From Eledone cirrhosa (Eukaryota): a stretch of DNA of 64,000 bases. The notes beneath the pieces were generated by a model. The model saw nothing but the letters and a program-made list of their open reading frames with translations, ran no database searches and was not told the origin of the DNA. The stretch lies in NCBI GenBank assembly GCA_964016885.1, contig OZ024740.1:237460001-237524000 (forward strand). Reading direction: 5' to 3'. The first letter of the stretch is position 1; every line of letters starts with the position of its first letter. Below, piece by piece: positions 42,402 through 55,467 of the stretch. Made by a program: the position numbers and the translations under genes.

Positions 42402-45400
42402 AAGAGAAATGATACAGGACAGGGACATTGCTGTATTAGTCAGTCACATGTCACCTTGCTATCGTTATCATTCTGTAGATGAGAAAGATGCAGATAGAAA
42501 GAACAGCATATGATGTGCATTGTAAAATATTTTGAGTATGTAACGTTAATTTTCTCTAGGAAGAGAGCGTTAAGTAAGTCAGCAATGGTCAACCATAATT
42601 TAATGTCAATCTGGTTCTAACTCCTAACACCAAGCAGCAGATATGACTGACCGAGTGACTCTGTGTGTGTGTGTGTGTGTGTGTGTGATTGTGTACACTC
42701 AGCAACCAGTTAATTACACAAGTGTAATATCTAACATATTTGGCTACTCAGTGTGCATATATATATATATATATAGGTGTGTGTACATCTCTATTTGTTT
42801 GTGTACATGACAAGCATTAGTTGTGTTGAACCTTGCTACATCTTGAGACAACACATTGAAAGAGTAAAGTGAAAGTTGCTGCCAAATCTTTGATGACCTC
42901 CCTTCATGTGTCCTGTGCTTTATTCTGCTCTATCCAGATGTTTGGAGAAAAGATTCAATACTATAGCATACTTTCCCTATATGGGACTTTGCTTCCATAT
43001 GATACATGTAATGTGTGTGTGTCTGAGTCACTGAGTGTATGTGTATGTATATTTGTGTGAGTGTGTGTGCATGTGTGTAAAAGAATATTTTCTTTTTCCA
43101 ACTCACTTCAAGATTTTACAAGCATCTACATAATTTGAGCAAGTCGTTTACTATGCTCCAGCCTGAGCCCAAGTTGACTTCATAATCCCCTCCTTTCTAG
43201 GCTCAGGTTCAATTTTAACCTAGCATTTCATTGATATAAATCTAGTAGATGTTCACTGCTTCAGAAACAGATAAAATATTTAGATTTAATGGTATAATTA
43301 ACCATTAGATTTTGTTTTAATTATACCTTTTTGTGCGTGATCTCAAAACTACTGAGGGAAATAAACATTCGGTGTAAACTTTTTTGAAAAATGAACTATA
43401 TATTGTGACATTGAGAAAATGGCAGCATATTTTAATAATAGCTTGTCAGGATAAGTCTTCTTGATCTAGTGACATTTGTTAAATAGAGTAAAACCTCACA
43501 TTACAGCTCAATGTCTATCTATCGTGGGCCTTAGTTTAGTAGTAGCCAAGTGACTTCCTGACTAATAGCCATTTTGATTGCAAACTACATAGCAGTCTCT
43601 TGGGGTCATCATGTTTCCTTAATAATTGCAAAAAGAAAAAATTATATCTTACTGGAGAGTGATCAACAATTTCTAGAACGATCAGTGCCTAGATCTTTTC
43701 CTTTATTTCCTCATGTTTATCACCAGTTTACATAAAGGCATTAAAAAATGCTCCCATCTCTGTTCAGCTCTCTTGAAAAGTTTTTTAGTTAATCTCTCAA
43801 CATGTCAGAAAACCTAATATTTTCTATAACAGAAAAGCAATTTTATATTTTATTCTTTAACTGAGAAGTAATCAAGTGAAAATCATTTGATGATTTATAC
43901 ATGTCTCACATATTGCATTGTTTTTTGTTGGGACTTTGGTTTTTTTTTGGTTTTGTTTTTTTGAAATGTTTAGCAAAGTTGTATTTTTCTACTTACAAAT
44001 GAAAACTGTTTATTTTTTTTTTTTATAACCTCAATTTTGTATTTAGAATTTAAACATTTCTTTCTCTCTTTTCTGAAGCTTTCTTCTTGTCATATATTTG
44101 TGACAGATGAAAACCACTTCCTGTTCAATTATAAATTGTCAGCTGTTTTGTTTTATTTATTATTGTACAATAAACACAGAAGTCAGTTTTGGATGAAAAT
44201 GATTTTTTTTCTTTTTTAGTTTAACACTATTTTTATTTTTTATTCACTGTTTTTGTATAGTATTCCTTATTTTTCTATTATTTTATGTTTTAAATATAAC
44301 TCAACTGAATGAGACTGAACCATGCAGTCTATATTTTTAGAAATTTTCTTTTAGTATGAATTTAGGGTATGAATTTAGCTAAACAAATATGTGGCTGTAG
44401 CTTTAAAGATTATATGAAAGATAACTTCTTAAGTAAATATCTTCTTTTACCCTCCTATTGGTAACTTTCTTTGGAGGTTGGAATTCTCTTTTATAACCTT
44501 TAGAGATTAGAATTCTCTTTTATATAATTACACATTGTTTAAACCGATATCTGAATAAATGTTTAATGAAGAAATATGACTAATTCACTAAAAGTTTAAT
44601 GATTACAATACAATTTTTTACGTCATATATTATTATTTTAGTTGTCTAGCCATCTATCTGCCTTTTTATTATAACAAGTCTTTATTTGTACTTTCCTTAT
44701 CTTGATTTCCTACTAAACTGTTAAGTCACCAGGTAGGTTAATCTGCTGCCATGGAGGCTTTAAAATACAAATTTAGTTAATTTTCTCAGTTCACTGAATG
44801 ATTATATTTGCCTGAAACTATAATGACAGTAGTATAAACAAGCAGTCCTATGGGTGAAGTCAAGATGAATTCTGGTTTTCAAACTTTTCTCAAATGTAGC
44901 CTACTTAAGCCCCTGTCATTAGAACATGTGGCTTGCTTCTTATCAGTAAAACAGATTACTACTAATAAAACATTTGTGAATGCTCAGTATTGCTATTAGT
45001 ACACTTACAATTAGTGTTACTACTGATATTAACATATTTCAACTCTTTAGTATTACTATTATTATGAACTAGTATTATTGTTGTGAAAACTCTGGTTTCC
45101 TCTCTATTGAGAATAGTTTAAAGAACAATTTTATGATTTAAAATTTGTTTCCTAAAAGCTGATCAACTACTTGGATTCTTTAGTTACTGCTCTCTTCTAT
45201 CCCTTGCAAGAGGGCTTCCACAAACACCAAATCAGTCCCTACTTTCAGTTAACATTTGAAAAAAATATCATGTAATTTATAACATACTTTTTTTTGGAAG
45301 ATTGTAAATGATGGCTTAAACATTTATACCCCTTTCAGTTATGAATACTTTAATAAATATTTATTTCATTAATCATTTTTTTCTATTTAGTAGCTCTTCT

Positions 45401-48400
45401 CAGTGTCAACTAGTTGTTAGTTATTGGTGTGCACTGACTCAGTGATTTGATCTAATTCTCAAATTAGGCCAATATGATTGCCTGAAGTCACATAGTTAAC
45501 TCTAACCATTTATTTAGTTGTTAAGAATGCAGTGAGAGAATTGCTAAGACAGAAAGGATTAAAGTAAAATCTATGTGAAATTGTTGTTAACCTTTATTTC
45601 AACCAGAACACAAACATTTAAAAAAATAAACAGTATGTTTGAGTGAAAATGAAGAAGAATGTTGAATAATGTGTATTTGATGGGAGCTTCTGTCATCAGC
45701 TTTGGGGTTGGTAAAGAATAAACAAATATATATAAGTGGCCGACAACTTGCGTTTATATTAAAACATTGACATCTTTTACTACCAATTCCCATGGTGGGT
45801 CTGTGAGTGTATGATGGGCTGAAAGAGGCTTGTAGTATGGAAACCTTCCTCCTCCATCAGGCAATCAATGTAACACTATTGACTTTTAATTATTAGTGTT
45901 TGGTCCTACCAGTAAACACTAGGTTTGTTGAAATATATTATTGAGATAATGTGTGGCTGTAGAAGGTAGCTAAGTAGTTAGTGTTTGTGTTGGCATATTT
46001 GCACTAATTACCTACAATTGCAGAAAACCTGCACAATAGATGCAAGCTAAAATAGTGGGGGGGAAACGAGAGAGATAAAGGAGAAATATATTATGTACAA
46101 CATAATTCAATGACCTTTGCTTTATTGTTTTGTTGTTTCTTTTTTGTTAGATTGGAACCTCTGCATCTCCCCACTCCAGACTGCTAGCACTCAGAATCAA
46201 ACTCAGATTCACATGGTTATTTGTTCATGACAGTCTATTATAGGTGACTTTCAAAGAATTTTCTTTTGTTTTGGTTCAACCAATACCAGAAGCTGTTTAC
46301 TTTGGTAACACCCTAACATTCATATCAAACTTCTCTGTTGAAATTCATTATAATATGTCATTTAAGAATCGAATCTTCTTGAATTCTTCTTTTGGGAATC
46401 AACTTTTAAGTTGATCAGTTTTTGCGAGTTGCCTTTCAGTTGAGCCAGATGTTGTATGTCAGTGGCTGTAGTTGCTAAAACTTGGCTACTCTTTCCTATA
46501 ACACTTGATTTGTGGAATGGTTTATTTTTTGTGGGGGGTTTTTTGTGTATTTGTTTTTGTTTCTTTATTGTTTTTTTACTGTTTTTGTTCTTGGTTAACA
46601 TTCAATTGTAGCAATAACATAACCAATAGACTTAATTCCTTTATATTGTGAAAATCTTTGACCCACTTTCACTTAAACCAGGTCCCTGGGTACTGGGGTT
46701 TTACTCTGCCTGTATTGAAAAATTACTCTTATAGTACTTTAAAGACTTGACCACACAATCATGAAAATAGCTTTGAAATTTATCTCAATTATTCCGGGCT
46801 CAATTTTGAAACCATTTTGTTTGCTATATTTAACTTACATGTTATATTTTGAATTGTTTTGTTTTTTGTTGTTTGTTTTGTTTGATTTTTTGAGCTGGGT
46901 GGTTTCTTTTACAAATAACCAGGCTTCTTCCTCCTCTTTAAATGTTCCCTCTCCTCTGCCTTGTCCTCATTAGCAGTTAAATAATTTCTTTTTTTATTCT
47001 ATATATTCAAACATTCAATTCTGACAATCAGTTTTAATACCATTGAAGTGTCAAACTATGGTTCTAGCCCTCTCACATACCCAAATCATTCTCAATACAC
47101 ATTCATTAGTATATAATGAGTTAAAGAATTACTACTCTAATGTTCCTAGGAAAGTAATGAATGCTTCTACATCCCTGTCTCTAATTTCCTTTTATGCCTA
47201 AGAAAAAAACATGTGCCATCTGTTGGTATATTTTAATTCAGGTAAATATAAAATGATATAGAATCTAGAAGTCATATAGTAGTATAGGTTTGCAAAGTTC
47301 CAACAAAACTGTGACTGAACATTTTGCTGTTAAACCCAAAAGTCATTAGAACTATAAGCTAAAGCACTTAGACCAATGTTAATATTTTGAAGAATTCTTT
47401 TAGGTTGGAGTCTGTTGTAGTTTTGATCATTAGTTGATATTGACATTTTCATATTCATCTAATTTATTGATATTGAATGAATAACCTCTTGTTTTACACT
47501 CCACTTTCAAATGACATGACAACACATCAAATGGCAGAGTTCTTTAAATTTCTTTAACCTTTATACTCAACTCTTGAAAACCCTAGTCTTATATCTCCTG
47601 TTTCTTCTAGTGCTGCCTCAACATTATTTCAGGCTTGACTACTTCACAGATCTCACATATATAGTGTATCCTAATTTTGTAGAACTTTTTAAAGGAATGA
47701 TGTGTGTAGAGTATTACCAATGTAGACTCTGATATTTATTCTTAACTGAAGAGTTCTTATTGATCAGTATCTAATGGGTCAATAGATGGCCAAAAGAATT
47801 TTGGCAACACTATTTACAGACAGAGCACAGAAGAACAGTTGAGATTTGACTGCCCTAGATTGTGTGAATAATATGTGTATGTGTGGACAGACAGACAGAC
47901 AGACAGACAGATAGATAGACAGATTGATAAATGTGAACTTAGTCTGGAATATAATCATTTCAGTTATTTACTGCCATCCAAACATTACTACATTGGTGTT
48001 TTATTTAGAATAAATTAATCATATATATACATACATTATCTTTTGACTCCAATTAACAACATATATGTATATTCTGTATCTTCTACAAACTGTTAGGTAG
48101 ATTTTATCTGACCTGTTTCTATTAATTATTAGTGTCTATGTGTGAGTATTGCTCCAAATATTTATATACATATTTCTCAAAAGAGAAGAGGAAACCAGCA
48201 TAGAATTTGGTATTTTTGTGGAAATTTTATATGAATGAGACCACAGTGGATTAATTACAATCCAGAAATTTAATATTTATTCAGGAGGGGAGGAGGAAAT
48301 TATTTAATTGCCTCATAAATTTATAATGCTCATGTTAGATATTTACATGAAATATTCATAGACTTCCTTTTATGGTTATTATTCTACATTTATTTAAACT

Positions 48401-50290
48401 ATCAAAACACACTACACAAGAGATTGCGAAGGTTTTAATACTGACATAAACATTACTGGACATTATAGAGATTTTGGAGTCGGAGCTAATTGAAATAAAG
48501 TAAAATCTTCTCATTGAAACTCTTTTCCAAACAGTATTTCTCTGTATAAGTTTTTCAAGGTATGATATTGTGTGTGCTACTAATACTGGGTGTTATATTT
48601 TCCCTACATCTTTTCACTGAAACAGTCTGAAGTCTGTAGATTGTCATGTTGTAAGCACCAAACCCTTGTTGGAAATTTATAAAAGCAGATTGAAGAAAAA
48701 TTAATTTTATTTGCCATTCCTCCCCCACACCTATATTCTTCGTTCCAGTTTCAAATGGTAAACGATAACCTTTGCTTTATGTTATGAAAACATACTTTTC
48801 TTCTTTTATTCTTCAATAACAAAACAATTGTATATTTTTATACCAATTTATCATTCAAATCATTTTATAGAAATACTCTAATTTTGTTTCATATATAGTT
48901 TTTTTTTATCTTTCATTATTATTATTACCATTATTATTTTATTATTATTAAAATTCCACTGGGGTTGACTTTGCCTTTCATCCTTCCAGGGTCAATAAAA
49001 TAAGTTTTAGTCATATATGTACTGGGGAGGGGGTCAATTAAATTGACTTTACTCCTCCTCCAAAATGTGTGACTTTGTGCCTATGTTAGATCAAATTTTT
49101 ATAATGGCAGTGAAGTAACAGAAATGGTAGAGCACTATACTAAATGACTTGTGTTTAGTTTTGTCTCATTACATTTCGAGTTTAGTTCCTGCTGGGGTCA
49201 ACTTTTCCTTTCATATTTCCAAAGTGATAAAATAACTACCAGTCATTTAGTGGGGTTGATTCAATCGACTATTTTCCTCTCTGACAATTTTGGGGCCTTG
49301 TGCCAATGTGACATCATTATCATTATCATCATTATTATTATTATTATTATTTTATTATTATTATTTTATTATTATTAATTTTATTATTGTTATCATCATC
49401 ATCATCATCATCATCATTATTATTAATATATTCAATGTTAATTATGTCAATGGATTTGTTAATGAGATTTGATGATACTCTACAACTCTACTCAAGTCTC
49501 AATGTTTGTTAGTATTTGCTAGTGTTTGTTTTTTTTGTTTTTTTATTATTTTTTTTGCTTGATTTTTATGGGGGGTGGGTGGTTTTTTGTTTGTTGTTTT
49601 TTGTTTGTTTTTTTTTTAAACTTTGCCTCACCAGTATTCTCTATTCTAACTAAACCTGTCTATGGAAATTGCAGCGAAGTTTCTGAACAAATCCCTCTCA
49701 TTTATCTATGAAAAGAAACAACCATTTTAGGGAGACATTTGTCTGTCTGTATGTGAGCAGTGAAGATCTCTTGTTGCTTGCTCAACAGCCAGCAGATAGT
49801 TCTAAATAAAGTAATTCACAGTGTTGTGCTTCACTTTCAACCTTTTGGTCTGCAGACTATATTAATTCCCTATCTTTAGAACAGAACTGATATATTTTGC
49901 CTTTCTCCCACAGTCTTGGAAAATTGAGTGTCCAGAAACAGTTGAAGATCTTATTTATTTTTGTGCTTACATCTATCTTGTTATAAAACAAATGGTACTG
50001 TAATAATTTTGGTCAGATGGACTTTTCTAGAAGCAATAACACCATCAACTAAACCAAATTCAGAAAACTGCCCTCCATCTTAATCTTAAATTCTCAGTTA
50101 TTCAGAAATTAGGTCTGTATAATATAAACCTTTTCACACACTTTCTGCCATTTCTTAAATTTGGTATTGGCTTCAACTACATTTGTTACAAAGTTTATTT
50201 TTTTCAATGAAGAATTTAATATTCCATTCAATCTGTCCAAAACATCTAAATATGAATTAAAACATAGTTTCTTCATCTTGATACATATGT

Positions 50291-50329
<39 letters not shown>

Positions 50330-51348
50330 ACTAACAAATCTGTTTATTTACCTATCTATCTATCTAACTTCTCTCTCTCTCTCTCTCTCTCATCTGTCTG
50401 TTTGTTAATTTATTTATTTTCCTATCTATCTGTCACGCACACATACACATACTCACACAAATACACACACAGAATGGTATAATCTCAAACTAGATGACCT
50501 CTTTTTTTAATAAAAATTTGATTTCAAAACAAAACATGAACAACTGAAATGATATTTCAAGATATTTTCCCATGAAAATGAATCTCAATTAGCAGTACTG
50601 GAGAATCTTCATTTACTTTCTCCCCCATAACCTCATCTCACTCAGTTCAATACTCACCCTAGCTTTCATGACCACTACTTCAATACCTAAAAGTTTTCTA
50701 TATAACAAAAATTAATTATGTCATTTCTATTTTTTCATATTTTCCTTTCTGGATCCCCCACCCATCATACCATTCTTGAGTGATTCTTCATACTGATAGT
50801 TTCTGCTAAACATTCCTGTCAAGATAATATCGTTGCTCTCTATTTTTTCTGAAAACATTTCATATTTTCTGAACCTACTGATGTTCCAAAGAAAACTTCT
50901 CCTGTAGTGTTATATTAAAGAAACTTCTTCAAGTACAAAGTTCTTTTTCTATTTTAAAATAATTTTCCCCTGACAACCCAGCATTGATTATATAACAACA
51001 ACAACAACAACATGACTATACAGAAGAAAACTCTGTAGAAATTAAATATTTAATAAAAAAAAGACAATAAAAGAAATTCTTTTAAATATCAGAAAAAAAG
51101 GAACATCTGCCCCCTAAATGTAGTTCTCCTCACTTTCTCCTGGTCTAACCCACTGATTAACAGGCTCAATACCGCCTGACATTGGAGTCTGGTATTAACG
51201 TCAAAAGTATGCTTTGAAGACCATTTCAGTGGTGAACCCCTTGTTACACCACCATTCTGCATTGCATAACATTCCTTTTTACTCTGACTTTCAGTACAGC
51301 ATTATGTCTTAATAGTAGAAACTTTGCAGTCAATACATGCATACATAC

Positions 51349-51444
<96 letters not shown>

Positions 51445-51510
51445 TGTAAATTGACCTTTTTTCTTAGATCTTGGTTGTACGATTTGTTGTAATAAATGTT
51501 CTATAAATAA
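42402..51510 (+). other. Candidate very long 3' UTR of the synaptophysin-like gene
   Basis: Unique T-rich sequence nearly free of TEs up to ~48900. There are several AATAAA, including a pair at ~51491-51510. The true end is unknown. Confidence 0.4.
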
Positions 51511-51567
51511 ACAAAAGTATTTGGTTTTGTTACTTCACTTCACATTTCTTAACTTTGTGTGGGTGTT

Positions 51568-51611
<44 letters not shown>

Positions 51612-51615
51612 TATA

Positions 51616-51646
<31 letters not shown>

Positions 51647-52219
51647 CCTATTGATGTTGTAGATACTATAACTATAATTGTTGTACTTCCTGTTTGGCAG
51701 AATTGTTAGAACTTTTCGTTCTAAGTTCAAATCCTGCCACAGTGAACTTGGATTTTCATTCTTCTTGGGGTTGATTTATTAGACTAGTCTGATTTCGAGC
51801 CTTGAGCCTTTGTTAGAAATTATTATTATTGTTGCTGTTGTTGTTATTATAGGGATTGGTGTATTAAAGAATGGTGCTTATTTATAATAGCTTGCAACAT
51901 TTAGTTACACTATTTTATGTTTAAAGTTCAAATTACACCAGAGTTGATTTTGCTTTTCATAATAAAACAAGTACCAGTCAAATATTTGGATTGATATAAT
52001 CTATTATACAAAACCCCACCCCTCAATAATTTGCTTTGTACCTTTCTAAGAAAATAAAACAATGTAGAGCAGAACCCCAGATAAAATGCCTTTCAGTGTT
52101 AAGTTGGGTCTCTTTATATACCTTATTAGGGGTGGGGAATTGATAAAGTAGATGCCAATCAAGAACTAAATTGGTGACTAAAACCTTCACCTAATAGTTA
52201 TAGTCTTGATGCAAACGAT

Positions 52220-52766
52220 GGAGTAGGTAAACCCTGGAAGACTTAAGATGAGGTGATAAAAGCTGACCTTGTACAATTGCACCTCTCAAAGGCGGTAACA
52301 CAGGACCGTGATCTCTGGCGCTATGCAGTAATACAGAAGACACGCCTTCCCATATGCAGAAGTTGAGGCATACATCTAGTATGCATCACCCATCTCCCCA
52401 ATCCACACCATAAAGTGGTCATCCTGGAGTCTCAACAATAAGCACCCAATCCACACTGTAAAGTGGTTGAGTAGGTGTCACTACAAAAAGCACCCAGCCC
52501 ACACTGTAAAGTAGGTATGTTGGCAACATGACAAAAAGTGCCCTGCCCATACTGTAAATTAGTCATGTAGGTGTCATGACACAAAGCACCTAGTTCACAC
52601 TGTAAATATGGTTGGCATTAGGAAGGGCATCTAGTCATTGAAACCAAGACAAAATCAGTTCTGTGTGAGCAAAACACAGTCCTCTAACCTGGCTGTCTCA
52701 CAATGGGACAGCATGTCTAACCCATGCTAGCATGGAAAATGGACATTAAACGATGATGATGATGAT
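52220..52766 (+). mobile_element. Decayed RTE 3' end
   Basis: Matches 57575-58000 and 62765-63298; ends GGACATTAAACGATGATGAT. Confidence 0.8.
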
Positions 52767-53439
52767 CCATGGCAGTAACGGTAGAGCATTGGACACTATG
52801 CTTTGCAGCATGTAGTTACAGCCATTTATGTTCTTAGTTCAAATCCCACTGAAGTTAACTTCACCTTTCATCCTTAAAGGCTCAATAAAATAAAATACCA
52901 GTAATGCACTAGGGTCTATTTAATTGACTTCCCCCTTCTCTTCAAATTGTTGGCTCTACCAATACTGCCAATCCACTGCCCTAATGATAATGATAATTTT
53001 GTGTATTTTGATTTCTTATACAAAAGTTAGGTTTTGGTCCAAAAGTTCAATGAAGCCCTTGGGTAATCCTATTGACTCCCGGGGGTCAATATCAACTCAA
53101 TTTATGGGCCCCTACTTTAGACCAATACAATTAAAAAGACACCTTTTATTTCAAATCGGAAAAGCATCATGGCTACAATTGTTTTATTCTGAGGTAATAT
53201 GGAGAACACTTTGCTAGTGTTATTATCTCAAACAATTATTACTGTTATTTTTTCTTAAACTATATTGCCAACTGGGTAATATATATTAAATCTATTCAAA
53301 ACTTTCCTACTGGGAGAAATATATATATATATACAATGTAAATAATTGTTTCTACTTTTGGCACAAGGCCATGTAAATAATGATTATGTATATGCTCATA
53401 TATTAACTACAGGACCAGTACAGCATTGGATATGAATAG

Positions 53440-54042
53440 ATAATCATTATCATTTAATGTCCATTTTCTGCGCTAGCATGGGATAGACAGGTTGTCCCAT
53501 TTGAGACAAGTTGGGTCAGGTGACCATGCCTTACTCATATAGAACTGTTTCTGACTAGGTTTCTACAGCTGGATGCCCTTCCAAATGCTAACCACATTTA
53601 CAGTGTGGGCTGGGTGCTTTTTGTTGTGACTCCTACATGACCACATTTACAGTGTGGGCTGGGTGCTTTTTGTTGTGACTCCTACATGACCACATTTACA
53701 GTGTGGGCTGGGTGCTTTTTATTGTGACTCCTACATGACCACATTTACAGTGTGGGCTGGGTGCTTTTTGTTGTGACTCCTACATGACCACATTTACAGT
53801 GTGGGCTGGGTGCTTTTTGTTGTTACTCCTACATGACCACATTTACAGTGTGGGCTGGGTGCTTTTTGTTGTGACTCCTACATGACCACATTTACAGTGT
53901 GGGCTGGGTGCTTTTTGTTGTGACTCCTACATGACCACATTTACAGTGTGGGCTGGGTGCTTTTTGTTGTGACTCCTACATGACCACTTTACAGTGTAGG
54001 CTGGGTGCTTTTTGTCATGACACCTACACGACCACTTTACAG
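53440..54042 (-). mobile_element. RTE 3' UTR with an expanded 49-bp tandem repeat (~53591-54040)
   Basis: About nine copies of ACCACATTTACAGTGTGGGCTGGGTGCTTTTTGTTGTGACTCCTACATG, adjoining CTGGATGCCCTTCC and the RTE tail. Confidence 0.85.
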
Positions 54043-54124
54043 ATAAATATATATATATATGTGTGTGTGTGTGTGTATTATCTATATATATATATTATGT
54101 GTGTGTGTATACATGAATATAACA

Positions 54125-54860
54125 GGTGGTGTGCCCCAGGAACCATCTTCGGACCATTACTGTTTGTTGTAGCTCTCTCAGACATGCACTTTGTAATACA
54201 GACAGCCTCCCTCACTCGCTATGCTGATAACCTGAAAATAGCACAGGTAGTCAAGAAACCAGGTGATGCTACTCTCTTACAACTTGCTTTCGATGATGTC
54301 ATTTACATATGGACTGTGGACAACAATATGCAATTTAATGCTGGAAAATTTCAAGCCCTCTGCAAATACATGGCCACTACAACAAAGCTACACCAGACCA
54401 GGAGGAATCAAAATCAATAATTGCCCTGAGTTTTGGTATGTGCAATGATGCGTCGTTTCATGCACACCTAACCAAAATGATGACTGATAGGTTGGATTTT
54501 GAGGACTCTCAGGACAAGAGACCAAGAAACCATCTTTGTCTTCTGTGGTCGCCTCACTGTCTCAAACTAACCGCAGTACTTGAAGCAATCCAATGAAGCT
54601 ACATAAGGAGGAGTGCTGCAATGAAGAAGATGAGTTTCTAGGAGAGGTTGAAAGCTCTACTCCCTGGAATGAAGACAGGAGAGATATGTATGAAAAATCT
54701 AGGAAGAGCTAGCACCAGACTTCAGTATTGAGAGCTGGACCAACTCACGAATAAGATGGCACTGTGTAGTACCAAAGGTCCCATCCTTTACATCAAGAAT
54801 GAAGAGTAGTAGCCTGTGGTTCAAAGGCCTCCAAGTTTTTAATAAGCTGTCACAAAACAT
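54125..54860 (+). mobile_element. CR1/L2-like LINE RT relic
   Basis: PGTIFGPLLFVVALSDM...YADNLKI...WTVDNNMQFNAGKFQAL. Confidence 0.7.
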
Positions 54861-55337
54861 GTAGAATAGTTTGTTGAGCAGAATTGATTGAATAATGATC
54901 GAGCTGTGATCATCCCATCTTATTTTTTTTCTTCTCAGACATAGAACTACATTATCCATTATCTCCCTTCGTTTCTAAGGAGGTAAGGTGTGATTTAAGG
55001 AAATGTTACTGCTATTGTTGGCAGGTGAACAACTACATAGATGCTCCTTTATTTTGTTTGAATGCATCACAAAAGTATCCAGTCCTAATGAGTAGATGTA
55101 CAACAATCAGCAATATAAGTGACAATCCAGCATGGTCTTCACTATGATTGGCTAAAAACAAAATATCTAAAGGCAGTGATGCAACATGATGTTAGTTGTG
55201 ATGGTTCAGATGAACTAACAAACTTTGAAGTCACTGCCACTTTTCTACATGTAAAGTCTATTTTTACACTCTACCCTCCAGTATTGACTCCTCGTTAAAT
55301 TTGAACGTTTGAAATACTGTTGTACTTTAAACACATC

Positions 55338-55405
<68 letters not shown>

Positions 55406-55467
55406 GTAATAATAAATGTGAAGACTAAAATCCAAAGAGGGATGATAAGGATTATATATATATATAA

